Shown: positions 26,350 to 39,692, counted from the whole stretch's first letter. The stretch is 63,144 nt of DNA, filler included, from Thelocarpon superellum (GCA_026025795.1; 11 parts of 11 records of this genome joined end to end with filler, not necessarily neighbours in it); one strand, 5' to 3'. Notes: generated by a model from the sequence alone, not told the origin. Translations and numbers: made by a program.

Positions 26350-27198
26350 AGCGGCGCGACGTTGGAACGTGACCACGACGAGCGATGCGCGGAGGAGATG
26401 GAAGGGGGATGTTTCACTTGGGGAAGTGTTAGGGCAGCACAGCGGGCGGAGAGTGGAGACGTTGAAGGCGAACCCTTTTGCTTAGAGCACCCGAGCTGGA
26501 TGTGCGCACCGTCGAAGCTTTACCCTGCACGCAGACAGACCACTTCTACAGGGCGAGGGAGAGGGCTCGCGATCTCGGGTGGTCGGAAGCTCGCGGGACG
26601 TCGGTCGTGTGTCGATGAGGCGGCGGGAGCAAAGGAGCGGCGTAGGGCGTTGGCGACCGACTTCCGCCGTGGAGCGGTAACAGCTACGAGCCCTGGGGCA
26701 GCCAGGCGACTGCACAAAGATCTGGCGGAACGTGCCCCAGGCGCAGGAACGCGGCGAGACCGGGGGGGATCGCTGTCCTTACGTAAGTGACGCCCCGTAA
26801 CTGTACGGACTCGAGATGCTCGACCACTGGTCAAGACGCTTTGACGACAGACTTATTACCGATACATTTCACCGACCCTCTACGACGCGACCACGATGTG
26901 CTGGGAGCACAATTTTGGGAGCACAATTGGGACTCAGAGACCGGAAAGTCATTCGACTTGACCACCCAAAAGCCTTCGGGCGTGTGCTGGGGTTCAGCCG
27001 GCGGGACTAAATGCAGTGAACGAGTAAAAGAAAGCAACATTACATACGCAGGTTCCCGCCCACGTACCTTGATTTGATGACATCCTTCGAGCGCCAGCAC
27101 GAGTAATGTACTCTGAGCGGCTGCTACGCCAGGACTCGATGAGTACTCGATAAGTCCTCGGTACTACCGTAGTGCCTCTACTTACTAAGTACTAGTAG

Positions 27199-27288
27199 TG
27201 GAGGAGTGCGCACGTGATCCGGTCACGTGCCCACTCCTATTACTATCCCGACTATACGTAGAGTAGCAATTCAGCTCTGATTCCTTAC
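27199..27288 (-). mobile_element. 90-bp dispersed element, copy 1 (reverse orientation, diverged)
   Basis: Its reverse complement aligns without gaps to 55225-55314 and 56718-56807 (about 10 differences from consensus); GTAG at 27195-27198 and 27291-27294. Confidence 0.8.
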
Positions 27289-27910
27289 TAGTAGTAGTAT
27301 TACTGGTGGTAGTAGTTACTTTAATTTTGCTCGACGAGCACTCCTGCGACGACGGTAACAAGGGCCATCGTGTAGGCCTCGCACGCTGGTACAGATCACG
27401 TACGACGAGACGAGGATAAGGGCTCGCCCAGGACCGGCGAGCGCATGTGGATGTCTGATTGGCCCGCCACGGTTGGAAGGAAAAACGAGGTTAGGATGCT
27501 TTAGGGATGGTCGCAGACACGAAGACTGGTGCAGCCCATGACTGATGAGTAACCAGCGGCCAATTTCAAGGGTACGGCGAACGGCTAGGACAAGTGCTGA
27601 TGATGTGTAGCCGCAGCTCGAATCGTTGAAGGCCGTGCAGCAGGATTAATTTGCGGTCCGTGGTACCTCATACCGCTCGTAGACATGTAGGCGGAGGAGT
27701 ACGAGTAATCAGATGTTTGGAGCGTCAGAAGTGAGCGGCCAAATCAACTGATGTTGAACTCCGTCGGTCCCGCCCCTTCCACTGCATCAACCTCCTGAGT
27801 GGCGGTAGAAAGCCCGAGTCGCTGCCTACCTGGTCCAGCATCCTTTGGCACTTCTCCTCCCTCGACCCTCATCTGCTCCTGCGCGTCCCGACCTCCACAC
27901 ATTCGCCACG

Positions 27911-29212
27911 ATGGCGACGCAGACCCTGCCAACCATCACGCACGCGGAGCTGGAAGCGCACCGGTCGACCAAGTCGTGCTATGTCACGCTGGGGACCAAG
28001 GTCTATGATATCACGCCCTTTCTGGACGACCACCCCGGCGGCGGCGACCTGATCCTCAAGTGGGCCGGCAAGGACGTGGCGGCGGTCATGCTCGACGAGA
28101 TCTCCCACCACCACTCCGAGGCGGCCTACGAGATCCTCGCGGACCACCAGATCGGCTTCCTTGCCACCGACTCCATCCTCGACGTCGCCGCCGACAGCGC
28201 GCAGACGGCGCAGATCCTCCCGCTCCCGCCCACGAAAGACGGCGCGCGCGAACTGCACGCCAATGGCGCCACCAAAGTCGTCTTTGCCACCACCGGCATG
28301 TCCTCGGCCGAGGACCTCTCTGTCGAGACCGATCCGAGCAGCGACTACCGCACCCACAAGTTCTTGGATCTTAACCGGCCGCTGCTGATGCAGGTGTGGA
28401 CCGGAGGATTCAGCAAAGCCTTCTACCTCGAGCAAGTCCACCGCCCACGACACTATAAGGGAGGCGCCTCAGCGCCCCTCTTCGGCAATTTCCTCGAACC
28501 GCTCAGCAAGACGCCGTGGTGGGTGGTGCCTATGGTCTGGCTCCCGCCCGTCATGTACGGCACCTACCTCTCGCGAGACGGCCTCCCGAGTACCCTGCAC
28601 GTCGCCGGGTACTGGCTCTTCGGCCTGGCCATGTGGACCTTGGTCGAGTATGGACTCCACCGCGGCCTGTTCCACGTGGACAAGTAGGTGTCCCGCCCAT
28701 CCCCCACGACATCACGCCCCGCCATCACGCCCCGCCGTTCCCCGCGTCCTGCTCACTGAAGGCCAGGTATCTGCCGGACAACCGCGTCGGCATCACCGTC
28801 CATTTCGTGCTCCACGGCATCCATCATTACCTCCCCATGGACAAGCTTCGTCTCGTCATGCCGCCCACCCTCTTCATCGTGCTCGCTATCCCCTTTTGGA
28901 AGCTCGCCCACTTCGTCTTCTCCTACAGTTGGCACGCCGCGACGGCCGCCTTCTGTGGCGGCATCTTTGGCTACATCTGCTATGACCTGACGCACTACTT
29001 CCTGCACCATCGCCAGTAAGTGAGCGGAGCCCGGAAAGCGCGGACCCGGCTGACGTGGATCCAGACTCCCCGCGTTCTACCGCGAGCTCAAGCGCTATCA
29101 CTTGCAGCATCACTTTGCCGATTATGAGAACGGCTTCGGCGTGACCAGCCGCTTCTGGGACCGAATTTTTGGCACCGAGCTGGCGCCGCCTGGGGCGGCC
29201 AAGGCGGCATAG
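27911..29212 (+). CDS. SCS7: Sphingolipid fatty acid 2-hydroxylase with N-terminal cytochrome b5 domain, 2 introns
   Basis: Cyt b5 HPGG motif; His boxes HRGLFH, HGIHH, HYFLHH, HLQHH; GFGVTSRFWDRIFGT. Confidence 0.93.
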
Positions 29213-29528
29213 CGCTCGCGCACGTCGTCGGCTCTGCATCTTTCTTCTGGCGCTTCCCCTCTGAATCTTATCGGACCGCGGGTCGTCCACGTGACGTGGC
29301 CCCTTTGATATGTTGCACGCATGGAGAGGGCTAGTAAGTCCTCCGTCTCGGCGCTGGGCGTTCGAGTCGAGTCGAGTCGTTTCGGTCCTGGTGATGTAGC
29401 GTTCCCCTGCTCCTGATACGGGGATCGACGCGATGCACCCTCCCCTTGCCCCTAATATAGAGATTATAATGAAAGACGTCTTTCACCACGCTCACGTCTT
29501 CGTGGCCTGCTCCAGGGCCTGCTCCAGG

Positions 29529-29628
29529 NNNNNNNNNNNNNNNNNNNNNNNNNNNNNNNNNNNNNNNNNNNNTTAATTAATTAANNNNNNNNNNNNNNNN
29601 NNNNNNNNNNNNNNNNNNNNNNNNNNNN
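29529..29628. other. Artificial contig spacer
   Basis: Identical linker. Confidence 0.98.
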
Positions 29629-29922
29629 CCCTGGGTCCCGAGTCTCCAAGCATTGCATGCCACCTGCAACCGAGATGGCGGCTACTGGGCTTCGAATGAA
29701 TGGCTTCGGCATCACCACGATGCATGCGATCCAGAGGAACAAAGGCCAGCGTCCCACACGCCTTCTGCGCCCTGCGCCTTGTGCTCTGCCCGCACGTATC
29801 TTCCATAGATATGCCCCCCCCCCTTTGGGCGCATCGCGCAGGACGGCGGGCCTCGACTACGACGGCGCCCGCAAGGGAAGCCGGGCGGCCACCCACCGGC
29901 TATAGTTACACACAGCGCGGCT

Positions 29923-32530
29923 CTACGGTACGTCTTGGATGTAGTTGGCCGGCACGCTCTTCACCGTGCCCCCCTTTTCCACATCCGCCCACCCATCGCC
30001 GGCATCCTGGCTGACCAAAACAAAGCGCTCGCCTTCGCTCATGTTCCACTCGGCCTCGCTGCGGGCCTCGTAGTCGTAGAGGGCCTCAACATACTTGAGC
30101 TTCTTGGCCCCGCGCTTGGGCGCCACGGCGGGTCCCTTCTTCTTACCGCCCGGACCCGCCCCGCCCGCCACCGAGGCCGAGGAGTTGGAGTAGGTGGATG
30201 ACGGGCGTTCCGTCGACCCGCGTCCCGCCGGAAGGCTCTCCACGTAGGACGCTGGCACGAGGCCTTCCAGCGTGCCGGCGCGAACTTTGATCCACCCGGA
30301 CCCATCTGTTGGTAGCGTCAGCCCTTGTGGCGTGCAACAAGTTGGGCGGTGGGAAGGGAGCGAGGGGACCGTACCATCCGCCTCCACAATGGTGACCTTG
30401 TGTCCCTCGTCCACGGAGATCTCGCCCTCGCCACTGGCCTGATAGGCGAATTGCATCTTGCCACGAGCTTCGGTCGCCGGCGACAAGGACTTGCTGAGGC
30501 CGCCCACGTCTCCAGCGGGAAGCTCACTGATATACTGCGTTGGGGGAGGCGCTACCACGCGGTTTTTCCTCAGCGCGCCGGGCTTGCTGGCCGCAGGTTT
30601 GCTGACTGGGGGCTTGGGGCTCTCATCGGATGCTGCATCGCCGCTGTCGTCGGTGGGCGTTCGCGCTCCGCTGCCTGACACGGAGCGGTGCGCAGACGCC
30701 GCGTAGCCTGAGCTCAGCGTGCTCATCGTGTCGTTCCGGCTCAAGGTTGGCATTTCGGCTACGCCATCTGGCGGTCCGCCGTTGGAGACTGGGTGAAGGG
30801 CGCGCGCAGCCTCTTGCCGCTCCGCCTTCAACTTCTTCCGCTCCTCCTTGCTCTGCTCGCCGGGGCAGGCAGCGGGTACCGTCATCTCGCACTTACTGTG
30901 GCAAGTATAGCCACATTCGCGACAATCAAAGCCCTTGGCGGCCAGTCCCCAGATCCGGTCACCGCAGAGGTCACAATTGGTGGGGATCTTGAACGTCTGG
31001 GACTTGAAGTTGTGGTTCTTGGCGCCAATGGTGAGGTCCCCCACGACTGATTGGATGGAGGAGGTCTCGACCTCCGCCGTCAGGCGCTGGTGGTCCAGCC
31101 GATGAAGCTCCTCACGGAGCGAGAAGATTGCCGTAACCACTTCGACCTCGTCCCGCTTATCCTGGCCTTTGCGGATGCTTTGTCGCGTTCGCTCCAAATT
31201 GTCGATCTCCTTTTGCTTCTTCGCCACCTCTCGTCGCAGCTCGCTCAGCTGGCTCTTGCTCTTCCCCATCAGGTTTCTCAGATATACCTTGGCGTTGTCG
31301 TCGATGACCATGCTGCTGTCGTCATGCCAAACAGGACTTGGCTCGAAGGCAAACTCTGCTGGCTCTTGCCAGGGGGCGCTGTTGTGGCGGATGAACATCA
31401 AGGAATCCAGCGGCGGATCGTTGCGCGGAATTTCCGAGGATAGAACTTTGACGTGATCCAAGCAGCGGGTCAGGCAGGCGCTCTCCAGCTGCGCGGCAGC
31501 GGACCAAAGGGCATTAAGCTTGGTCGTACGGGTTTCGGACAGGTCTTGGAGACTCTGGAAGCGACGGGGCTTAGCAGGCGTGGGGATGGGCAAGGCGGAG
31601 ACTCACATCTAGAAGCTGCGGGAGGTAGTCGTGGTAGTACTTCTCCTTTTGCTTGTTCGTCACGTTGATGTGGATCAGATAGCTATTCTGTCGGACTTCA
31701 GCACCAGAGCCCGCGCTACATGACGTCGTCATACCTTCACGTTGTTCATGGTCAGCGTGTGCTGCTGGAAGGCGCTCTGGGCTTTCTGCTTGGAATAGTC
31801 AAAGGCGCTGTCGACCTTCTTCCGCCGATTCTCCACCTCTTGGCAGACGCTGTCGTAGCTGCCTTTCATCTTCTTCAGATCGGTATATCCCGCATCTCGT
31901 TCCTTCTCCAGCTTCGCGGCGTAGTCGACATGCCGTTTCCGGATTTCCTCGTACCGCCCGCTCAGCTGCTTCAATGGCTCGGCCACGTTGGTGACGAATT
32001 CGTTGGAGAGGCGTTCATGCTCGGCCGCCCGAGACTCCAGCGTCGTCAGCTGGGCACTCCAGATGGTCAAGGACGCACTGCACGTAGTACGTCGGTCGTC
32101 AGTGTGGCAATCATCGCTGATGTCATGGCGCCACGGCTCACCTCTCCAACGAGCCTGGGGTTAGGCTGGGGGTATCGCCCACGCTCAGGCTGCTCGATTT
32201 CTTGGCCTTCTTCTCGTAGTATCGTTTCGCCAGGGCGTTGAGTTTGGCGCTGTGCTCCTTCTCGATGGTGCTTCGTTCACGGTAGAATTGTTGGATGTCA
32301 TCCAGCCAGGCGATCCCATTTGAGACCTGCTCGCAACGGGCTTCGACTCAGCGGCCGGTCGGCGTGGGTTGGACGACGTGCAGCGAGCGGAGAGATTCCT
32401 ACCCAAGTATTGACTGGCTTGAAAGCATCCTGTCGACCAAGCGGTCAGTATGGGTTCAGAGCTCGGCCGGGGCACCGGGGCTAACCTTCAGCTCCGCACC
32501 GAAGCTGGGCGCATCGTCAGACGATGCCAT
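29923..32530 (-). CDS. BZZ1: Bzz1: F-BAR, C1 and two SH3 domains; multi-exon
   Basis: MASSDDAPSFGAELK start; C1 HNFKSQTFKIPTNCDLCGDRIWGLAAKGFDCRECGYTCHSKC; SH3 ALYDYEA...GWADVEKG...VPANY. Confidence 0.9.
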
Positions 32531-33430
32531 AAGGGCAGGGAGATATCCCGAACGGCAAGCAAACTCGACCTGGTCCGGTGCGTCAGATGCATGACATCGA
32601 ATGCCACGCCGTTGGACCCTGAGATTAGAGTGAAGGTGAGAAGGCAGCTGCGAAGTGCGGGTGGCTATGTTGTGACCGTTAGTGGCGATGGCGGGGTTGC
32701 CATGGATCGTTAAAGGACACAATGTACAAGTAGGATGAGGTACCTGTATCGCCGGTGCGCACCCGGGCAATGGCGAAATTCCCGTAGAATCGTTGGGCCG
32801 AAGTGGTGCATCTTCAGTGCTGGTACAAGTAACCTACTTGTCCGGTTAGATCTTACCCCACTACGACCGCTGCGTTGTTGCCGACTCTCGGACCAGTCCT
32901 CACGTCTCTGGCATTGACGAAGACCCCAGTAACTGGAGCGCTCTTTCAACCTGAGTACGTTCTAAGAGAAAAGGTGACAATGATCTTTCTAGCGGCAGAG
33001 ACATCTGCTTGTTGTCCCTCAGTGAATCCGAGGCCATTGATTCTAGTGGTCCCCGGCCCAGGCGACCGTTTCTTTAGACTACCGGGCATCTTCAGACGGG
33101 ACGACCCGCCATCACGATTCTGTGACCGTAGCTTGACCAGCCTAGCCGACGGACTGCGAGCAACTTCATTGATCATAACCGGTAGCCCACGAACACGTAG
33201 AGCGTCTCCTGGAAGGACTCACTGGGCGAGAAGCAAACAATAGTGCGCCGCTAGCTGCGTGGGCGCTTTCTGGTGCTGGCGTGAATCCTACCTTCTGTCG
33301 TCAGCCTCCACCTGCCTCTACCCCTCCATCCTCCCCCCAGCACCGATAGCTCGCACTTTCTCTGCCACCCCATCCATCGCTCCTTTCTTTGCAATAGCCT
33401 GCACCCACCTTCCTTTCCATTCCATCGGCC

Positions 33431-35142
33431 ATGTCGGCTACTCCAGGTGCTACGGTGCCCCCTTCCAGCTCGCTCGCCGATCGAGTCACTAAACCCGAGG
33501 AGATCGACAAGCCGGCGCCGGCGGCATCGGGCCCAGAATCACGATCTTGGGCTGATGAGGTCGCCTCGCCCGTCACGCACGAGCCGGCGCCTCTACAGCC
33601 AGCGGCGACTGCTGCGTCCAGCACGGTTGCATCTCAAACGGATGGGGCGGGAGAGGTCTTTGGGGGATCAGATCTGCGGGAACCTGAATACGATGTCGAG
33701 GTCAAACTCAGCGACATCCAAGCCGACCCGAATAACCCGCTCTACTCCGTCAAGAGCTTCGAAGACCTGGGTGGGCTGTGAGTTGTCCCCAGTCCCCGCA
33801 CGCACAGGCCGTCCAGCTGTCGGTCGCTGACCCTGGTAGTTCTCCCGAGATCTTGAAGGGCATCTACCAGCTCAATTTCAAGAAACCGTCCAAGATCCAA
33901 GAACGCGCGCTACCCCTCCTTCTCGCCAACCCGCCGCAGAACATGATCGGACAGTCCCAGTCGGGTACGGGCAAGACGGCCGCCTTCGTCCTCACCATGC
34001 TCTCTCGCCTGGATGCGTCGAAGCCGGCGACAACGCAGGCTCTCTGCCTGGCACCGAGTCGCGAGCTAGCGCGACAGATCATGGGCGTGGTCAAGATCAT
34101 GGGGAGCTTCATCGACTCGCTTACGGTGCAGTACGCCATCCCTCAGAAGCTGGAGCGAGGGCAAAAGGTGGACTCACAGGTGGTCGTCGGGACCCCCGGC
34201 ACGGTGCTCGACATGATCAAGCGACGGACCCTAGACGTCAGCCAGCTCCGGGTGTTCGTGCTGGACGAGGCCGACAACATGCTGGACCAGCAAGGGCTGG
34301 GCGAGCAGTGCATCCGCGTGAAGAACACACTCCCCCGCAACACCCAGATCCTCCTCTTCTCGGCCACCTTCCCCGAGGGCGTCGTGCGCTTTGCCTCCAA
34401 GTTTGCGCCGAATGCGAATCAAATCACGCTGAAGCACGACGAGTTGACGGTGGATGGGATCAAGCAGCTCTATCTAGACTGCGACTCGGAACAGGCCAAG
34501 TACGACGTGTTGGTCAAGTTGTACGGACTGATGACCATTGGGTCGTCCATCATCTTCGTCAAGGTCAGTCTTTCCCGTGTCATCTGCTCTTACTTGTTGG
34601 CCAACACGGAGATGTAGCGTCGGGACACGGCCTCGGAGATTGAGCGACGCATGATCGCGGAAGGGCACAAGGTTGCCGCGCTGCACGGAGCCTTTGAAGG
34701 ACTGGAGCGCGACAAGGTGATTGATGCCTTCCGCGAGGGCAAGGCCAAGGTGCTCATCACGACCAACGTGCTCGCGCGCGGGATCGACGTCCAATCCGTC
34801 TCCATGGTCGTCAACTACGTAAGGCACCATCTCCACCCATCTCCCACCTCTCGTTGTTGACTTGCCGTTTGATCGCAGGATGTACCCGACGATGGACGCG
34901 GCAACGCCGACCCACAGACCTACTTGCACCGCATCGGGCGAACGGGACGATTCGGACGAGTGGGGGTTAGCATCAGCTTCGTGTACGACAAAAGCAGCTG
35001 GCGACAGCTTGACGAAATTCAACGGTACTTCGGAGTGCAGATGACGCGAGTGGATACGCAAGATTGGGACGAGGTTGAAAACACGGTCAAGCGCGTCATC
35101 AAGAGCTCGCGGGCCGGGGAAAACATGCGCATGAACGAATAG
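33431..35142 (+). CDS. DBP5: DEAD-box mRNA export helicase Dbp5, 3 introns
   Basis: [64 protein letters not shown]. Confidence 0.95.
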
Positions 35143-35149
35143 TCTCGAG

Positions 35150-35249
35150 NNNNNNNNNNNNNNNNNNNNNNNNNNNNNNNNNNNNNNNNNNNNTTAATTA
35201 ATTAANNNNNNNNNNNNNNNNNNNNNNNNNNNNNNNNNNNNNNNNNNNN
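35150..35249. other. Artificial contig spacer
   Basis: Identical linker. Confidence 0.98.
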
Positions 35250-35316
35250 TGCTTCTGCTTCTGCTTCTGCTTCTGCTTCTGCTTCTGCTTCTGCTTCTGC
35301 TTCTGCTTCTGCTTCT
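35250..35316. repeat. (TGCTTC)n microsatellite at the contig edge
   Basis: Directly visible; likely cause of the assembly break. Confidence 0.95.
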
Positions 35317-35492
35317 AATAAATCGACAATGATATGAGGAAGAGCAGGAGTGGGTGTGTACGCGCTTATCGCTCTCTCCCCCTCCCTCCCTCTCCTTCTC
35401 CCTTCATCTCTCTTTCTCTCCTTCCCTTCCACTTCTTTCTCTCGTCCGGGCCCTTCATAATGAGCGAGAACGAAACCGAGACTGAGGTCAAA

Positions 35493-38400
35493 TCACCGCA
35501 TCTTGGCAAGACTCTGCAAACTGACAAGCTCAAAGTACCGGCCGCGGTTCGCAAGCAACTCGTTATGGGTGCCGTGTTCGACGATGCGGCCCTGGTCAAA
35601 GACGTAGATCATGTCTGCGTTCTGGATCGTGCTGAGTCGGTGCGCCACTGCGATCGTTGTGCGGCCCTTCGCTGCCGCGTCTAGGGCTGCTTGAACCACC
35701 TTTTCGGACTCGCTGTCGAGCGCTGACGTTGCTTCGTCTAGGAGTCTGTCCCGGGGTCAGCAAGGTTCATGAAGAAAAGAGCGCACGGTAGCGAGGAGGG
35801 AGGGAGGAGGGGGGGGAGGGGGAGAACGTACAAGATCTTCGGGTCGCGTAGCAGAGCTCGCGCAATAGCGATCCGCTGTTTCTGGCCACCGCTGAGCAAT
35901 CCACCCTTGCTGCCGACCACGGTCGAGAAGCCGTCACTGTGCTCAAGTCAGGAGGGTCCGTAGGGTAGGGGAGGGAAGGGAGGGAAGGGAAGGGAGGGGT
36001 GGGAGGGGTGGGAGGGGTGGGAGAGCGTACGGCAGAGAGGTGATGAACTCGTAGATGTTGGCGTCCTTGCACGCTTGTAAGATGGCCTCCTCCGGGACGT
36101 CGTCGTTGTCTGCCCCCAGTAACACGTTCTCGCGGATCGTGCCCTGATACAGCGTGGGCTCTTGGCTGACCAGCGCCAGATGACGGCGGTAGTCGTTCAG
36201 CTTGACACTCGAGATCTCGTGACTATCCACGAAGATGCCGCCGGCCAGCGGATCGTAGAAGCGTTCCAGCAAGGCAATGGTCGTGCTCTTGCCACATCCA
36301 CTGGCGCCCACCAGCGCCACGTACTGGCCTCGCTTGACCGTCAGGTTGAGTCCCCGCAGCACCGGCTGCTCCGGGCGCGTCGGATAGCGGAAGTGCACGT
36401 CGCGGAATTCAATGTTGCCCTCCACGTGATCGAGCGGCGCGCCCTCGTCTGACCACGAGTCGATCGGCGGCTTGCGGTCGAACAGCACCTTGAGCTCGTG
36501 CGCCGCTTGCTTAGCCTTGCCCATGTCCGGCGCGAAGGAGAAGATGGTCCCGGCCGATTGCGCGCCAAAGAGGATGGCGGAGTAGCAGATGAAGAATTGC
36601 AGCATCGAGAGATGGCCGTCGGCGATGAGCGACCCACCATACCAGAACCCGAGCGCGATGCAGAAGAACATGAGCGACTGCGACGATGCGTACAGCGTCG
36701 ACGACTTCAGGATCGACACCAAACTCTTCCGGCCTTGCTCCACCAGCTGTTGGTGATAGTGGTTCCACACGTCCGTCTCGCGCGTCAACGACGCCACCGT
36801 GCGGATGGCCGACGTGGCCTCGCATGCGTAGCTGGCCGACTTCTCGTAGGCCTTCTTGGCCCGGCGCTGGAATTGTGCCAGGATCCAGAAGCGGAAGAAG
36901 CCACACGCCAACAGGATCGGGATCGTCGCAGTGCACACCAGCGCAAGCTTCCAGCCGATCGACACCGACAGCGCAATGGCCGCCACCAGCGTCGTCGTCA
37001 CCACCAGGAGCGTGCCGAGCGTGGACCCGCTCAGGCCTGCCAAATGCGTCGTCTCGGTCGAAAGGAAGGAGGTCAAGGCGCCGGCCGAGTGCTCCTCCAC
37101 GTCGAAGAAGGCAATGTCCTGACGGAGCATCGTGCGGAAGGCTTGGTCGCGCGCGCGATGGATCAGTCGCTCCGAGCAGTAGGCAAAGGCGATGCCCTGG
37201 CCCACAAACGCAGCGAACTGCACAAAGGCGAGCATGAGATACATGAGCGACCAGAAGTCCACCTGCTGTCGCAGCTGATCATACTGATTCGGCGGCAACG
37301 AGAGCGCCACGATGGTCTTGGCAAAGAACACGGCTTGCGTGGGGTTGCCACCACCGGCGATGATGGAGCAAAACAGGCCAAGGAGCATCAGGTATTTCTC
37401 CTCCTTGTTGAAGCGGCCGATGACCTTGATCAGCGTCCAGAGCGAGTACTGCGCCTCGCTGTCATCGAGGGTCGCCTTCTTCTGCTGCAGCGCCACGCTC
37501 GACGCCGATTTGCCCGTGGTCGTGCGATTGAGCTTGTTGGCGACGTTGGCGTCGTCCGGGTCCTCCTCGAACGTGTTCCCCTTCTCGCCCGACGGCGTCT
37601 TCTGGAGCGCCACGTCACTTCCCTCGTCCAGCGGTCCCTCCTCCTCGCCTTCGCGGTTGTCGTTGTTCGCCGAGATTCGCTGCGCCTCGACGAGGTTGTA
37701 GTAGGCGCCCTTACGATCGAGCAAGGCATCGTGCGTGCCCTGCTCCACGATGCGCCCGTGCGACATGACGACGATGTTGTCGGCATTCTTGATGGTCGAC
37801 AGCCGATGCGCGATGGTGATGGTCGTCCGGCCCTGGGCCGCCACGTCGAGCGCGGCCTGCACCACGCCCTCGGACTTGGTGTCGAGGGCCGAGGTAGCCT
37901 CGTCCAACAGGAGGATCTTGGGGTCGCTCACCACGGCCCGGGCGATGGCGATACGCTGCTTCTGCCCACCCGAAAGCAAGAAGCCTCGCTCGCCGACGTT
38001 GGTCTCGTAGCCCTCGGGTAATCCGGTCACGAAGTCGTGCGCGTTGGACATCTTGGCCGCCCGGATGATGAGCTCGCGCTGTCGCTCTTCCGACTCATCC
38101 TCGGATTTGGTGCCGATCAGGCCGTGGCGGATGTTGTTGTAGATGGTCGTGCCAAAGAGCGTTGGTTCTTGGCTCACCAGCGACATCTGCTGTCGCAGCC
38201 AGCGGAGATTCAAAGACTGCACATTGTGCCCGTCCAAGAGCACCTCGCCGCCGACGGGGTCATAGAAGCGCTCGACCAAGCCGACGATGGTGGACTTTCC
38301 CGATCCCGACGCCCCGACCAAGGCTGTGGTCTTGCCCGCCGGCACCACCAGCGTCACGTCCTCCATCACCGTGACCTCGGGACGGGAGGGGTAGATGTGC

Positions 38401-39692
38401 TTGATATTGCGGAGCTCGACGTCGCCCGTGACCTTGGCCAGGGTCTGGCCGGCGGCCGAAGCCGAATCCAGCGGAGAGATCCGGTCGATGGTGTTGAAGA
38501 TCTTCGCCGCGGCCGCAATCCCGGTGGTAAAGGCCTGCGCGTTGGGCGCAACGTTGCCCAGCGAAAAGGCACCGATGATGATGGACAGCAAGATGGTCAG
38601 GATAGGCGCCAGGTTGGTCTCGCCGGAGACGAGAAATCGCGAGCCCTGCCAAAAGGCCAAGCCGTAGTTCAGATAGATGACGCAGAACATGCCGCCAATC
38701 ATGACCGCCAGGGCGACCTTGACCTTGGTGCCCCACTTCTCCGCCACGGCAAGGTGGAGGTCATACTGACGCGCCAGCTTGTTCTGCGTGCTGAAGGCGG
38801 TGGCGTTCCGAATCGAGCTCAGAACCTCTTCGGTCACGGTGCCGCCCTCGGCATAGGAGGCGAGCGACTGCTTGTTGTACCTGACGATGAAGGTCGAGCC
38901 GCCGCCCATGATCAGGGTGATGGCCACGACCGTGGAAGAGAGGATCAAGGTCAGCTTCCAGAATTCGACGAAGCCGATGACAAAGGCGGTGATGAAAGTG
39001 GTAAAGGCCGTGAGCGTGAGGCCAATCTTCTCGGAGATGCCATCCTGCACCAAGTTGGTGTCGGCCGTGATACGCGTGGTGATCTCGCCGGCGCCGAGCT
39101 TGTCGAAGAAGGCAATGTTCTGGCGCAAGATGGCAGCGAGATATTGTTCCCGTAGTTTCTGGGTGACATGTTCGCCGGTGTAGATGAAGCCGACGGTGCA
39201 GATGTAGATGGTGACGAATTCGCCGATGGCGAGATAGACAAAGAACAAGGTATAGTAGTCGAGGTCCGAGGTGAAAGCGTCGTGGCTGAGCGTGCCCTGG
39301 AAGAAATCTTTGAAGGTGCCGGAGAGTTTGCCGAAGATGATGGTCATCAACGGCAGTAACGCGCCGCCGATAATGGCGCACAGCGCGCTCAGGGCGATGA
39401 TCAACTTGTCATTCAGGGTGGCATATCGGTACAGGGTGAGGAATGTCACGGTTACTTCGGGAATGTCCAGCTGCTTCTTAACAATATCTCGTTCGCCGGG
39501 TGGGAGGTGGCGAAAGGGGTCGTCCGAGTCGCTCTCCTTCTCGCCGATGTTGATGACCTTGGAGTCAAGCTTCTGCAGCGTCTTTCGGTCATCCGCCGTC
39601 ATGGTGTGGTTCAGGCCATCGCCTTGCCCCTTCTCGGCATCTTCGTCGCTGGAGCTATGCGACGCACGCTTCTCGGGCTCGTCGGTCGACAT
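35493..39692 (-). CDS. MDR1: Full-size ABCB (P-glycoprotein/MDR1, AtrD-like) multidrug transporter, 2 introns near the 3' end
   Basis: Two NBDs (GASGSGKST and GASGCGKST), [14 protein letters not shown] twice, [17 protein letters not shown]. Confidence 0.93.

Noticed and set aside
27543..27600. TGATGA...CTGA box C/D-like pair (another at about 27076-27115)
   Set aside because: Too short, with no terminal stem and no recognisable rRNA guide.
36498..39155. Long antisense ORFs over MDR1 (similar ones over YOR1, HECT and pad-1)
   Set aside because: Expected shadow ORFs from high GC3 codon bias; no protein-like features.
2951..39692. Apparent drug-efflux cluster (MFS, YOR1-like, MDR1-like)
   Set aside because: Separate contigs, and no biosynthetic backbone gene nearby.
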